NCBI RefSeq assembly: GCF_964194155.1
Contig: NC_135898.1
Coordinates: 47,678,001 to 47,742,000 of the forward strand
Source of the DNA: Cetorhinus maximus
Lineage: Eukaryota
Length of the DNA stretch: 64,000 nt
Reading direction: 5' to 3'
Positions 36,724 to 49,400 of the stretch are shown here, in pieces. Numbering within the stretch: position 1 is the stretch's first letter; every line of letters begins with the position of its first letter. Position numbers and translations under genes: made by a program. Below the pieces are notes generated by a model. That model saw nothing but the letters and a program-made list of their open reading frames with translations, did no database searches and had not been told where the DNA came from.

Positions 36724-36835
36724 CACTACTAATTAATTCAGTTATGCTGATAATTGAATTAATTAGTACTAAGTTATGTTGATAACTCACTACTAATTAA
36801 TTCAGTTATGCTGATAGAGTGAGCGAGTTATCATC
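36724..36835. repeat. AT-rich hairpin plus 29-bp direct repeat
   Basis: A 19-bp stem spans 36727-36768 (one G-T pair, loop GCTG). CACTACTAATTAATTCAGTTATGCTGATA occurs at 36724-36752 and 36788-36816. Confidence 0.85.
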
Positions 36836-37469
36836 AAAAAACCAAACTCCTCCTCCTACCCAACACACAGATTATTTTACTTGGATAAAGGAATAAATTA
36901 CTGGGAAAGTCACAAAACAAGTTTTCATTACATGTGGAACTGATTCAACATTCCTTCAAACCCAAGCCTATAATAAACAATTGCTGCAAGTTTAATATTC
37001 CTAGACAGTCACTGCTAAGGTGTTCACATGCATTTTACATTAATACTCCCAATTTACCTCAGGATTTACACAAGTGTTTATGATAAAATGTAGATATTTT
37101 AAAAGCAAAAGATAACTGCACTATATTTAGTATTTGTTTATTAAATCGTGTGCAAGCCTGGATTAAGGTTTGTCATTTGAGCTCTCTGTTCAGATACACG
37201 TAATGTGTTTTACCACAGATTCAGGCAAGGGAATTTTTGAAGACCAAGCTGACATTTATTTTTCAGTTCCTGCACTAGAATTGGTCTGCATGGACAAGGA
37301 GAAACATCTCAAGCCAGTGAGGCTAATTACTATCAAGCATTGACTCCTCAAACCTTTTGCAGTAACACCTCAGTGTAGATTGTCTAATGAGCAACTGGAT
37401 TCTTTGCATCTCTTCCCAAACACAACAAAATACAACAAATTTGAGCACCACTGTATACAGATATCTTAC

Positions 37470-38684
37470 CTCACACCTGCTGGAATTGGTCCAGGAATGA
37501 ACCCAGTCATCTCCCACCAACATAGCTTGACATATCATCAGCTTCTCATCAGGAACACTAGGAAGTTTGGCATCAAGATGAATGTTCTTCTTTTGGCTGA
37601 TGGCCTTCCTGGCCTTTGCACCTATATAGCCCGATGGTAATCTTCTTGTCCATGCCCTGGATCCAGTATAAACTGATTTCTTCACCTCTCGGTTATTCTT
37701 ATTGTATCTTCTAAACAGCAAGGTAGAGCGCTCCTTTTTGTTTCGTTCAAACTCATCGTCCGTCCCTTCTTCACAGCCATTGCCTAAATCTTCAGGATAG
37801 CTAACGGAAGGTTTCATGGAAAATCGGTTCATTGAATGACCTCCCACAGACCTATCAGTTAAGGTTTTCTCCTTTAGCTTTCTCTGCAGTCTGCCTAATC
37901 CAACCTGTGTGGCATGCAAGCCTGGGCAGCCATCATTATTGTTGTGCACTCTTTCAGCAACGTAGTCCTTTCGAAATTGTAATAGCGCTTTTGATGTACA
38001 ACTAAAGGGTGGGGATCGATAGCTATGTTCTACATTGCAAATTGAAGTCCCCAGTGAACACTGGCCAGGACAAAATGCATTATTTTCACAGCTGACATGG
38101 TGTTTTATCTCCAAACCACCGTGTGGATAGTTGTCTTCCATTCCCTTTTGGTTGTATAATGATGGCAGCTCCATTGAAGACCTTTCCTCTGCTGAATCTT
38201 TATCCTTTCCCTTGATCCCTCCTCCCAAGCAAGAGGGGAAACTCTTGGGCTTCCAGTGCACGTCTTCATCGGTTTGCAAATGCCATGATTTATTAAGTTT
38301 CTCTGGTGATTGATCCGAAAACAGGCTGGAGTCACAATTTCCCTGGCTAGACTTGCAGTTGTTTACATTGTCACGTCCCACTTTTGAGCTTGAAGTCCCC
38401 ATTTCGCTATCCTCGAATTCTCTTGCACTTTTAGCATTGTATTTTGCAGTCGGTTGTGCTACAGACATCACTGGCAGCATACCCTGCAATTCTAAAGGAG
38501 CCTCTGGAGGAGCCTGAATGATTGACATTGGATCCACATCCAGCATTCCTTCATCGACAACATGTCTTATTTTATCACAGCCCGAACTACTCAGCCTATT
38601 TTCATCTTCAGCTGACTGGGCTGATATCATCTTTCCTGGCCCTATGGTCGCAAACACAGAAGCAGCTATTTCTTCAGAGGTCAT
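37470..38684 (-). CDS. PLCE1: Phospholipase C epsilon 1, first (large) coding exon, 405 codons from the conserved Met
   Basis: MTSEEIAASV...ISAQSAEDE and [40 protein letters not shown] match the mammalian PLCE1 N-terminus as I recall it (MTSEEMTASV...[49 protein letters not shown]). The phase-0 donor GAG|GTAAGA is at 37470/37469. The ORF-track extension to 37323 is intronic read-through, and an upstream in-frame ATG is at 38735. Confidence 0.93.
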
Positions 38685-38784
38685 CTTGAAACAGCAACAC
38701 TCAATATTCTTCTGATTCTTTTCTTTGACTGTCATAGCATGGCCTGAACAGTGACGGATGCCTGGAAATCTCCTTAGTGAAGTT

Positions 38785-39150
38785 CTGGAAAAGGGAGAAA
38801 GCGGAACTCTAAGTGAGCTTTTCCCTTCACAAATGTCTTAAGAACGGAAAAACTTTACCAGCTGATAAAGCCCAGAAGAGAACAATGACGTTTAAAGTAA
38901 AAGCAGCTGGACTCTCAAATATTGTCTGATATAAGAAGTGTTCTGCTCAGCACATTAGGGATCCTTTATTGTGAATAAGCAGTTGGAATTCTAGCCCCGC
39001 CAAATCATCCAAGGTGGATGTTACAAGTAATGTGGTGACAAAGTATTTTGTTGCACTGTAGTATAATAAAGTGGTTTACTCCAGATCAGCCTCCAAATTC
39101 AGGTTCCCTTTCTCTGCAAAACAAGGAGGAAAAAGATTAATGTGAAGCGT
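38785..39150 (-). promoter_or_regulatory. Two candidate splice acceptors for the PLCE1 first coding exon (exon starts 39113 or 38784)
   Basis: Minus strand CATTAATCTTTTTCCTCCTTGTTTTGCAG|AGA (AG at 39115-39114) and CTCACTTAGAGTTCCGCTTTCTCCCTTTTCCAG|AAC (AG at 38786-38785). Confidence 0.6.
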
Positions 39151-39929
39151 TACAAACATTACCTAGAAATTTTACATCTTCCAAAACAGAATGGTAACAA
39201 GGAGCATTGTATTATATGAGGGAGAGTTTCCACTTCAGACGCAACTGGCAATTCAGGCACAAATTGTGCCAGTTCTCCGAATTGAATTTTTGCTAAAGTT
39301 TACTCAACCTCATTTGTGTATCTTCAAATGCAAAATCTATGATGACCCCATCACAATTAGGCAGCATTTTAGAACGTTATATATTTTTTTTAAAGATTGC
39401 AGATTGCTTAAAAGAAAAAAATCCTTGATCAATTGTATATACCAGTGTAAAAATCAAATTTCTGAGAATTTTATTGGCAAAAGGTTAAGGGTCAATTCTT
39501 ACATCAGTAATATCTTTTGAGGGTTTTATGTGTGCGCTTGATTTGGGCACACACAGCATCCTGCGCATGGATTGGCTATCGCGGTAAGTGCACTGATTGG
39601 CCAGCTGCCCGTCCTGTTGTTATACCATGGATGGGTGTACCCTGGCGAGGTCTGGTCTGCCACAGTTGGATAGATTACATTGTTTAATTCCAAGCCCAGG
39701 TTGGAGATTGTTCAGCCGCTATTGTCCCAGGGGAGTGCTGTGATTTGGGCTGTCCACGATATCGATGTTGGTGGAGCATCAGTTCAAGCAGCTCCCAGCA
39801 GACAAGTAGATCAATAGAAGTGCTTTCCTGAACAGTGCCTCCTACCTGTCATCTTTTTTCAGTTAGTGTGTGAAGGAGTCCTGGGCAGAGAGGGAGAGGA
39901 GGGGAGCAGAACAGCCCATGGCTTCGATC

Positions 39930-40028
39930 CTTGAAAAACTATGGTTGACTTTTACATGAGGTTTATAAAAAATTACAAAAATTTAAGCCAAAAGTCATGG
40001 GTCAACTTTTATATGGGTATATAGGGTA
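39930..40028. mobile_element. Possible Tc1/mariner (Tc2/pogo-like) terminal fragment
   Basis: The subterminal motif GGT(T/C)(G/A)ACTTTTA(C/T)ATG is repeated and the segment ends GGTATATAGGGTA, resembling CCGTATATAC-type TIRs plus TA. I did not find the partner end. Confidence 0.35.
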
Positions 40029-43000
40029 TTTAAGGGTGATAACCTGTTCAGTTTTAGTAATACAGCTAAAAATGGATGCATCATAGAAAAAAGCATGTTT
40101 TATCAGTCTTGTCCACCATTGCTGCATGACCTGATTTTAAATAATGGATAACGACTTTAATTATATAGAATCATTTAACAATTACATTGGGTGCAGTCAG
40201 TTTAAGGCATTAAATATTTTTTGATATTAAAAGCTTTTTAAAAAGGTGCCTATCAGGGTCCTTGCAACTAAAATAACCACATTAATTTTAAGAGCTTCCT
40301 CAAAGGCCCTTAAATGGGCACAATTAGTGAAGGCTCACCTTGGTGATTAATTTAATCCAGGACATGGCGAGTTATGTGACGAGGACCAGCACCATGTTTT
40401 TTTGAAACCAGTGTAAAACAGTCAATGCTCAATTTGCACTGGACATCACTTGTACTCGAAATTCCTTGATCTTTTGCATTGGTTTGGCCAATTTTGGGTG
40501 AATTGTACTACAGCCTAGCAGGAACTCCAGACTCATGTGCTTTAAGAAATGATTGCCCACTGGCTGGTGAACTAACATTGTTGTTTATTTAATTGAAGGG
40601 GTGTGCTTGATGGAATGTAAAATCTTTTAGTTTCAGAAATTTTCAAATCTTTTTCCATGTGTAGTTAATCCTCCTTTCCAGCCACTTATCTCCCATCAAA
40701 AAGCACAAAAACAGACATTAAGATACAAATTTCTACCGGTCCAGTCAACTTCACTGTGCCCCAGGGCTCCATGCTTGGCTTCTTCCTTTTCCCATCATTG
40801 GCAGAGGCTGCCCACCAGGCATAGGTGGGCAGCCAATCAACAGAATTAATGGCCCATTTGTGGGCAGACTGGGGATGGCACTGGGATCTTCCCAGGAAGA
40901 GACAGCCTAAGACCAGCAGGTGCCTGGAGGTGGCCAGTGGGGGCCTGCAAAGCTACCTATATTCGCCCTCCCCTACCAGAGCCACAGCCATCAGCAGGCC
41001 TTGGCGAGGCTGTCGTCTGTTCTGTGGATGGGTGACTTGATAGCTGCAGCCATTATATATTTTACTAAATTCTAACCTCTTCAGAGGCACCCTCCCCATG
41101 CTCTACCTCAGACAATGGCAGTTCCTATGGTGGTGGTGGTACTGCTGTCCTTCCAAAGCCGCAGGGTCTTCAGCCTTAGGAACTCGCCAACCATCCTTAC
41201 TTGGATGTCTGACCCAGAGGTGACCAATTGAGGTCCCCAGGGTGGGTACCTCAATAGCCAGTGTAGGATCAAGACCCAGAACTTGATTATTTTTCAGAGC
41301 TCTCAAGATTCCACCTATCAGCTGTTGTTTTTCATACATTACAACAGAGATTACACTTAAAAAAAAACACGTGATCAGCTGTAAAGCACTTGGGGACATC
41401 CCGAGGTCATGAAAGGTGGCATATAAATGACAATTCTTTCTTCTGCAAAGTTATTCCTTTATTTGGGGAGCAAAAACATTGGCCTGGTTTTTTCCTCAGA
41501 GAAAGAACTATGAGACTATTGTACAACACTTCCTTCCCAGCAGTGCCTCCCCTGTGCTATTTTCATTGTGGGGTGGAAGGGACAGACTGGAATTGAGGCT
41601 GTTGCCTCCAGAAGCAGGCCTGAGATGGGTGGATGTTGAGATTGGCAGGTTAGAAGGGCCCCCTCCATTCACTGGGACATTTCTAATGTTAGGCACCCTA
41701 ACCCTCACCCTCCACAATCCCCATCCACTCCATTCCCTCTCCATACTCCACATTCTTCCTCTTATCGCCTATGCACCCCCCCCTCCCCTGACCCCATCCC
41801 TCGTGGCCCCTTCATTTCCTCCAAGCCTTCTCCATACAGCCCATGCCCCCTCATATCCCCTATGCCCAGTCACCCAGTATCCACAATGGACAGAACTCAT
41901 GAGCTCTATATAACATTGGGAATTCTTTGAGATGCCCATAAAACTGTCAAAATAAACAAAGAGTCATCAAAAATCGCTTCAAAAATCTTTAATCCTCTTA
42001 GGGGTTCATAAAACTAACAGACTCCACTTGGGGAAAAAAGTTAATCCTCTTAAGTGCTCCTGAAATTGTCAAAATAAACAAACAGCCATTCAAAACCTCT
42101 TCTAAAAACTTCAACCCTCTAACTGCTCATAAGCCTATCAAAACAGTGCTCAGCCCTCTTAAAAACTCTGTCTTAACAACACCTGTTGAATCCAATAGTG
42201 GGGAATGGAACTCAACTTAGCATTCATAATGGGATTCCAAAGCATAGCCATGTCAACAAAGCCTCTAGAGTACTTTAAATCCTTTTGAAGCAGTGAAACA
42301 GTTGCTCTTCTGCTCCACCGCTTCAAAGGCTGAACAGATGATTGAACTGTCAATCAAAAGGAAAGATTAAATCACACGGGAAAATTGACACATGATAATC
42401 TTAATCTCAATACCCTTGAATGTAGAAGAGCATTTTATCTACTGGCGAAAGTACTCTAATGCATCAGAACATTTTCTCAATGTTGGCCAATTTAACAGTC
42501 ATTTAGCTTTTTTTTAAACAAAGCTCTATCATTAATCGCAGCATTAAAAACATTTAATCTATCACATGATTGACATGTAAAATTGTCAATAACTTTTGAA
42601 CTTCTATCAAAAGAGACCCAACTCCACAATAGGCATCCCCCCCATGATTCAGAATTCCTTTCAGATGCTATGAACCACATATCCTATCAAAACAGCCCCA
42701 ACTCGATGAAAACAGAAGGTGGGGGTCTAAAATGCCCACCCCCACAACGGAGTAGTCAGGGTGAAACTGCTTGCTACCTGCACCCTTATTCCGTGGCCAT
42801 AAAAATCCCACATGATGGGAATGGGGGCGGAAATCCCAGAATTGGGTCTCGCCCGCCATTTTTAAATCCCTACCGCCTTTACTCCGACAGAGATGGAGGA
42901 TGAAAATCCGGATTGTGACGGAGCTCGAGTTGAAAGTAGGTTACCTCGGCCCACTTAAAGACATTATGCAAAAGGTGATGAACTTCAATTATTGTCAAAA

Positions 43001-43772
43001 GACCTCACACATCCCACCCAATTAAACTTCACCACTGTAAACAGATTGTTCACATACAAGCATATACAACTAGAGTTCTTCCAATGAGTGTTACTCCAAA
43101 CTTTAAAACACAACAACTTTTTGTATTAAGCACTGCTGCACAGCTCTAAATTTTTGGCAGAACATAAGAATGCGGAAGGGTGTATGAAAACTCTCTTTAT
43201 CATGTGATTTACATGTTCCAAAGAGACTCATGAATTTCACCTTTGTGCACTGATCATAATCTGTAGCTTCATGAGGTGAGTCAGAGGATCGATTGGAATG
43301 ATCAACATGACATTGCAAAGCTTACAGTCATGTTCTAAAGCAAACAGGCTGTTCCACATGCCTGTGGTAAGGAATGTGATATTTAACACACATTATTTTA
43401 AGAGTTTTTTTTGTACAACCCAAAGAAGATTATAAAACTTCAGGTTTTTTTTTTAATCCACATGGGCAGGCAGTGAACTGATTAATCAGAGCCTTCTTCG
43501 GCAAACATGATCTCACGTTATACATAAACACTACCTGTGCAATAAAAATCTCTGCAATTGAACACTCCCATGGTGAGGTGCAATCGTATCTAAAGGTCCA
43601 CTAAACACCCGGGAGATACAACTTTTCACAACATAAAAACAACGAGAGCACTGTGATAAGCTAGCCTTGGAGATGATAATGTTTCAAGTAATTTTGTAAT
43701 CAGTGATTTAACCAGATGGGTTAGTGGCTTTTACAAGCCTCGGCAATGGCTTCGTAATGCTATAGAGTCATA

Positions 43773-44566
43773 GGCCTGGATTTTAAAATCCAGACAGGTT
43801 TCGGAAGCAGGTGGGCCTGGAATTTAACACCGCCGGCTCTCTTGCTTGTTCGACACCACAATCCCGGCCCCAAGCCACTTTCAAAGTGGCTGGGTATAAA
43901 CTGGATATTGAAATGGCTACCTGCCTGCAAGTGGAGAGTAGCCATTTGAGGCTACTTAAGGGGCTGATGAAGGCCCCTTTCCTAACAGGCCCCTCGTCTG
44001 TGCCAACTGGGATTTTCCAATCGGCATGCAGACAATGTACAGTAGCTGAAACAAGGTCAGTGCAATGAGGCGGCCGCCCATGGCAGGAGGTGGAGGGGAG
44101 GGGGTGGTTTGGTTGGGGGGGGGGTGAAAAAGAGATGCTGCACTTAATCTCATGATGGACACGCAACCCCCAGCTGCACCGTCATGGCTGCCAGGCCCAG
44201 ATGAGATCGCCGGCCATTCCTTGGAGTGGTTTTACCTCCACAGCCAAGCAGCTTATGGCCTTTTTAAAATTGTAAAAAAAATACTTAGCTTGTCTTGAGA
44301 GTGCCTCCATGTTGAGGTGCCTTTCTCTTGACCTGCATCGGCAGCTCCCACCTTGGTCAGTGGAGCAGCTGATGAGGCTCTGCTGGCGGGCCTCCCACTG
44401 ACTGTCCAGCCTTGGAGGCAAGCCCATTGTCCTTAATTAGGCAGTGAGCCGACTTCCTGGCCTGATGGTTTGAAAATAACTGGGCGTGTCAGCCCCATGA
44501 AGTGCAGGGTTAAACCAGGAAGTTTTCTCGATGTCAGGGCCCCAATCCTAGAATAAAAATCCAGCC
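43773..44566. mobile_element. MITE with GGC(C)TGGATTTT TIRs
   Basis: Left GGCCTGGATTTT and right AAAATCCAGCC, with a GC-rich interior similar in style to 30456-30965. Confidence 0.65.
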
Positions 44567-44569
44567 GTC

Positions 44570-45600
44570 CAATCATTACGGCACAGGAAGCATCCATTCA
44601 GCCCATCAATGCCAACTCCATGTAGAGCAATCCAGTTGGTCCCATTCCCAGACTCTATCCCTGTAAAACCCGAAAACTTATTTCCTTCAAGTGCCCATCC
44701 AATTTCCTTTTGAAATTGTTTGACATCTCTGCTTCCACCACATTCAGAGTTCCAAGTCATTACCCCTCTCTGTGTAAAAAAAGTTCTTCCTCGCATTCCC
44801 TCTGCACCTCTTACCCAGAACATTTAGTCTGGTCCTTCTACCATCAGCTAACAAGTACAGATTTTCTTTACCTAACCTATCTAAACCTGTCATAATATTG
44901 TACATCTCCATCAAATCTCACCCCAACCCACTTTGTTCCAAGGGGAACAATCCCAGCCTCTCCAACCTAACTTTGTAGGTAAATTCCCTCATCCCTCGAA
45001 CCATTCAGGTAAATCTCCTCTGTGTCCTCTCAAGGAAATTCACCTCTTAGAATCAGAATCACAGAATCACAGAGTGCAGAAGAGGCCCTTCAGCCCATCG
45101 AGTCTGCACCAACACGTGAAAAACACCTGACCTACCTACTTAATCCCTTACCAGCACTTGGCCCATAGCCTTGAGTGTTATGACGTGCCAAGTGCTCATC
45201 CAGGTACTTTTTAAAGGATGTGAGGCAACCCGCCTCCACCACCCTCCCAGGCAGTGCATTCCAGACTGTCACCGCCCACTGAGTAAAAAAGTTTTTCCTC
45301 ACATCCCCTAAGGAGGGGTGTGACCACAAGAACTAGATGCAATCCTCTAGCTGTGACCTAAACAGGGCTTTATAATGGGTCGGCATAACTTGTACTCAGT
45401 CCCTCTGCTTACAAAGCCCAAGATCTCATATGAGTTGCTAATCACTTTCTCAATATGTCCTGCAACCTTCAAAGATCTCTGTACGTGAACTCCCCAGGTC
45501 CCTCTGTCCCTGCGCATATTTTAGAACTGTGACATTGTGTATAAATTGCCTCATCCTATCCTTCTGTCAAAATGCATCACTTCACAATTCTCTGTAGCGG
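44570..45600 (-). mobile_element. Nested CR1 3' fragments
   Basis: ORF remnants RGRTFFTQRGVMTWNS and DVRKNFFTQWAVTVWNALPGRVVEAG. A second CR1 tail (GAATC-type repeats at ~45050) lies inside the first. Further CR1 3' pieces occur at ~13560-13900, 23150-23450, 48010-48620 and 50770-51120. Confidence 0.75.
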
Positions 45601-45857
45601 TACCAGACCCAATTGGTTACATACGAAGCTGACTCCCTGGGTATCAATTTGAATAAAACTCTTTTCTTTATTTTTATACTTTATTTCTTGCATCCTAAGA
45701 ACATGTTAAGCTTAGGATGCAAAATCCATAAAGTTCCCAATCCGGCACACATCCAGTCCCAAGCTTCCCGGAATGGGATCCGGTACCTGTATAAATTCCA
45801 TCTACCACTTGTCAATGGGATTCCTTCAAAAAACGAAAAGCCCACGGAGAATGCTAT

Positions 45858-46458
45858 GGGAGGAATTTAATCCAGGCGCAGGTGTCTTGCCCAGTGGGCC
45901 TTTCCTGGGATTAAGGATCCTGGCACCAAAATCCTGCCTCCTCAGAGCTGCTGGCCAGAGGCCAGAAGTTCCTCATTGCCAGCAGAAAAGCGGCAGTAGC
46001 TGCCAGTAACAAACTCACCAGAGGCCCAAGATATATATACCCAGGCTACACTGAGGACAGGGTGAGGGTCGTGGGAGGGAGGGTCACTGGTTAGGGTTGG
46101 TGCAGGGGTATCAAAAGGAAGGACAAGAGGTGGCTTTCAGCAAGCCTCCAGGTCCCAATGCCAGGTCCCTTGTTCAGAGGGACGCCCCCAGAAACTTGCA
46201 AGCAAACACAACAAGATTTGCTTTTCGGGTTTCCCACGTGTGAACTGCCCCACCCACCATTAGTTGAATACTAGGGGAGGCATGAGACCCAAGGGCCTCA
46301 ATTATCAGCAGGGCAGGAAGGCTGTCCATAAGCCTTCCTGGGATTGAAGCGGGGCAGAGGCAGAATGGTACCGGGGTCCCCACCTTGCACCCACATGCCC
46401 AATTAAATGCTTCCCCTCCTCCAAACTCACCTCAGGGGGAGGGCATTAAATGCTGCCC
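45858..46458. mobile_element. Probable MITE
   Basis: Imperfect TIRs GGGAGGAATTTAAT / ATTAAATGCTGCCC around a GC-rich interior. Confidence 0.5.
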
Positions 46459-49400
46459 TATGATTCTAATTCCTGTCTTCTGTTGGAACATCAAAATAAT
46501 ATTTAACCAGATTGTTTGTACAACAGCGACAGTACGTGACTAAATAGAAATTATGAAATTTGTCAATCAATACCTTTTTAAACTGTTTGTGCTATCTGAC
46601 CATTTCTTTGTACAGAAGCACCACATTCTTGTCGAAGCAACAAACGTCAAATGTATAAAATTCTCAAAAATGGCAAAGCTGTAGTTCTGATCTTGAGGTG
46701 AATTTTATAGACAGTGTCTGAACATTTCCCAAGATTGTACGTAATTTATTTTACTTGCTTCCTCATTTTAATTAATTTTCTCACTTTCCTCCTCTCTCAC
46801 TAGACTATGGTTTCCAAATACATTTTTAAAAATAATTTGCAGCAAATATATCATTTTAGTTTCTCATTTCAATCATCAGGGACATTGAATGCATGCAGTA
46901 ATGTTTGTTTCCCTTGCTGTTTCTGGAACATTCTGCAAAAAGCTGAAAGTATTATTTTACAAGGTGTAGCGATTCCCTTCCTGAAGGGAAATGCAACAGT
47001 TAAGGTATTCCTGATCCTTATCCTCACTTGACATCCACGTATGCACATAGTGAATGCACTGGGAAGTGATTGACATCCAGCACAATGGATGATTTTGCCC
47101 CACCCACCATTAACCCAGGGGCTCAGGCCAATTGTGACATTCTTCCTTGGAATTATAAAAAATTTGTTCATGGGATGTGGGCGTCACTGGCTAGGCCAAC
47201 GTTTATTGCCTACCCCTAGTTGCCCTTGAGAAGGTGGTGGTGAGCTGCCTTCTTGAACCGCTGTGGTCCCTGTGGGGTAGGTACACCCACAGTGCTGTTA
47301 GGAGGGCAGTTCCAGGGTTTTGACCCAGCAACAGCAACTGTACTTGGGACTTTTCTGTACAGCGCAGCAATTCACTTCTTTAATCAACTGGGCGATTGGG
47401 AAAGCGCATCCGTTTTTCACCAAAGGATAATTAAGTACAGTGATCCAAACCCAATGCACAGGGATTACAGGAGCCTCGTATGTACTTGTGGAGTGCATCT
47501 ATGAATGGCAGCTATACTAGGTAACTCAATAACTGCTGAGTAGGAGTACTGTCTGGCAGAGATTACATATTCTGCCATAGAAAATGTCAGAACATAGGAC
47601 AGGAGAACATGAATTTTATGGAGGGGTGTGAAAAAGGCTCCAATGGAAATGCTGAAGTCTGATAACACTTTTTAAAAATTCATCCATGGGATATGGGCTT
47701 CGCTGGCTGGGCCAGCATTTATTGCCCATCCCTAGTTGCCCTTGTTCCTGAGCACAATTAGCTAATCTCAGATAAGGAAGCATCCTAGCTTGCAGTCCCA
47801 ACAGAAGTGGGTTTTCTTCAATGCTGCTTTTGTTGTACCTTATGTCCTGTCTATCACCAGGATGCCTATTTCAACCTTCACAACATCTTCTGTTGTTGCC
47901 CCTACTTCACTCATGACACCGCCAGCATCTCATCACTATTTCCATTACCTCCAGACACAATTTCTTCAATATTGCTCCTTGCTGGCTTTTTGATCTTTGT
48001 CCATTCAGGCTTAGAATCATAGAATGGTGACAGTACAGAAGGAGACTAGTCAGCCTGTTGTGTCTATGCCATCTCTCAGGAAGAGAAGCTCTGCTAGTCC
48101 CACTCACCCACCCTTTCCCTGTAGCCCAGCAATTTTTTCCACTTCCCTTTTGAAAATCCTCTACCACCACACACTCAGGCAGTGTATTCCAGATCACAAC
48201 CTACACATTGTGGGTTTTTCCCTCATGTCACCATTGCTTCTTTTCCCATCACTTTAAATCAGTATCCTCCAGTTCTTGAACCTTCTACCAACAAAAACAG
48301 TTTCTCCCAAGCCTAGGTTATTAGCATGTATCAGGAAAAGCACTGATTTTAACACCAGCCCCTGGGCGACCCCACTGTAAACCATCCTCCAGTCCAAAAA
48401 ACAACTGTTCACCACTACACTGTTTCCTGTCACTCATACAATTTCACATCCATGCTGCTCCTGTCCCTTTTGTTCCATGGGCTCTAGCTTTGCTGACAAG
48501 TCTATTGTATGGCATAGCAAATACCTTTTGGAAGTCCCTGTACATTACATCAACCGCATTACTCTCATCAATCTTCTGTTACCTCAAAAAAACTCAGTCA
48601 AGTTCGTGAAACACCATTTGCTTTTAATCAAAGCTATGTGCCATACAGCTCTCTTTCTGATTCATTTTACTGTCTCTCTCTGTCATTCAGGGAGTTCTGG
48701 CTTTGGTAGCCCTACCTTTCCCCCTTGCATGAATGTACCTCAACTATAACCCCAACTTGTCCAATATCCTGTCACTTGCATCCTGTCCTGCTTGCCTATC
48801 ACTCTAATTCCTCACTAATCTACAATGGCTGCCTACGCTTCAACACATTAGGATTTTAAATTAAATTTCAAAATATTCTCACTTGGGCCCCATCTCCACA
48901 ACTTCCTCCAAACTTGTATCCTCTGTGCCATCAAACCTTCTGTGTATTCTGTTCATGGTGGCTGGGTCATCAGTTATCTTAGGATTCCTTCCCTAAACTT
49001 CTCCCTCTCCACTATTAAAAGCCTCGTGAAAGCATGTTTTCGTGAGCAAGCCTGAATGTTACGACTCAGCATCTATCCCTTTCTTCCTTGTCCTTGTCAA
49101 AGCACTTTGGGAAATACCAACTATATTAAATTCACTAAATAAAAGTGCATCATTGCATTTATTCAAATGAGAAACGGAGCTTTCCCAAAAAGATGCACGA
49201 TGCTCGCATGATGCTCTCATAAGCCCATAACCTAAATTGAAGTCTGTTCAGTCCTTCTCAGCCTTTTCACCTCCAGATACCTCAGAATATGAACTAAATT
49301 GACAAGCATGTGTCTTGTCACTTTCTCTCCTCATTGATAAATGCTATGAAATGTTCCCACAAAAGACTGCATACAATTGAAACTGTTCACATTGCACTGG

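Noticed and set aside
37323-37469. C-terminal 48 aa of the 470-aa ORF (VRYLYTVV...)
   Set aside because: It lies after the GAG|GTAAGA donor and has no resemblance to PLCE1, so it is intronic read-through.
1-37469. Further PLCE1 coding exons (next exon, RasGEF or catalytic domains)
   Set aside because: I could not find peptides resembling the downstream PLCE1 sequence. The next exon probably lies left of the window, although a diverged exon could be missed by eye.
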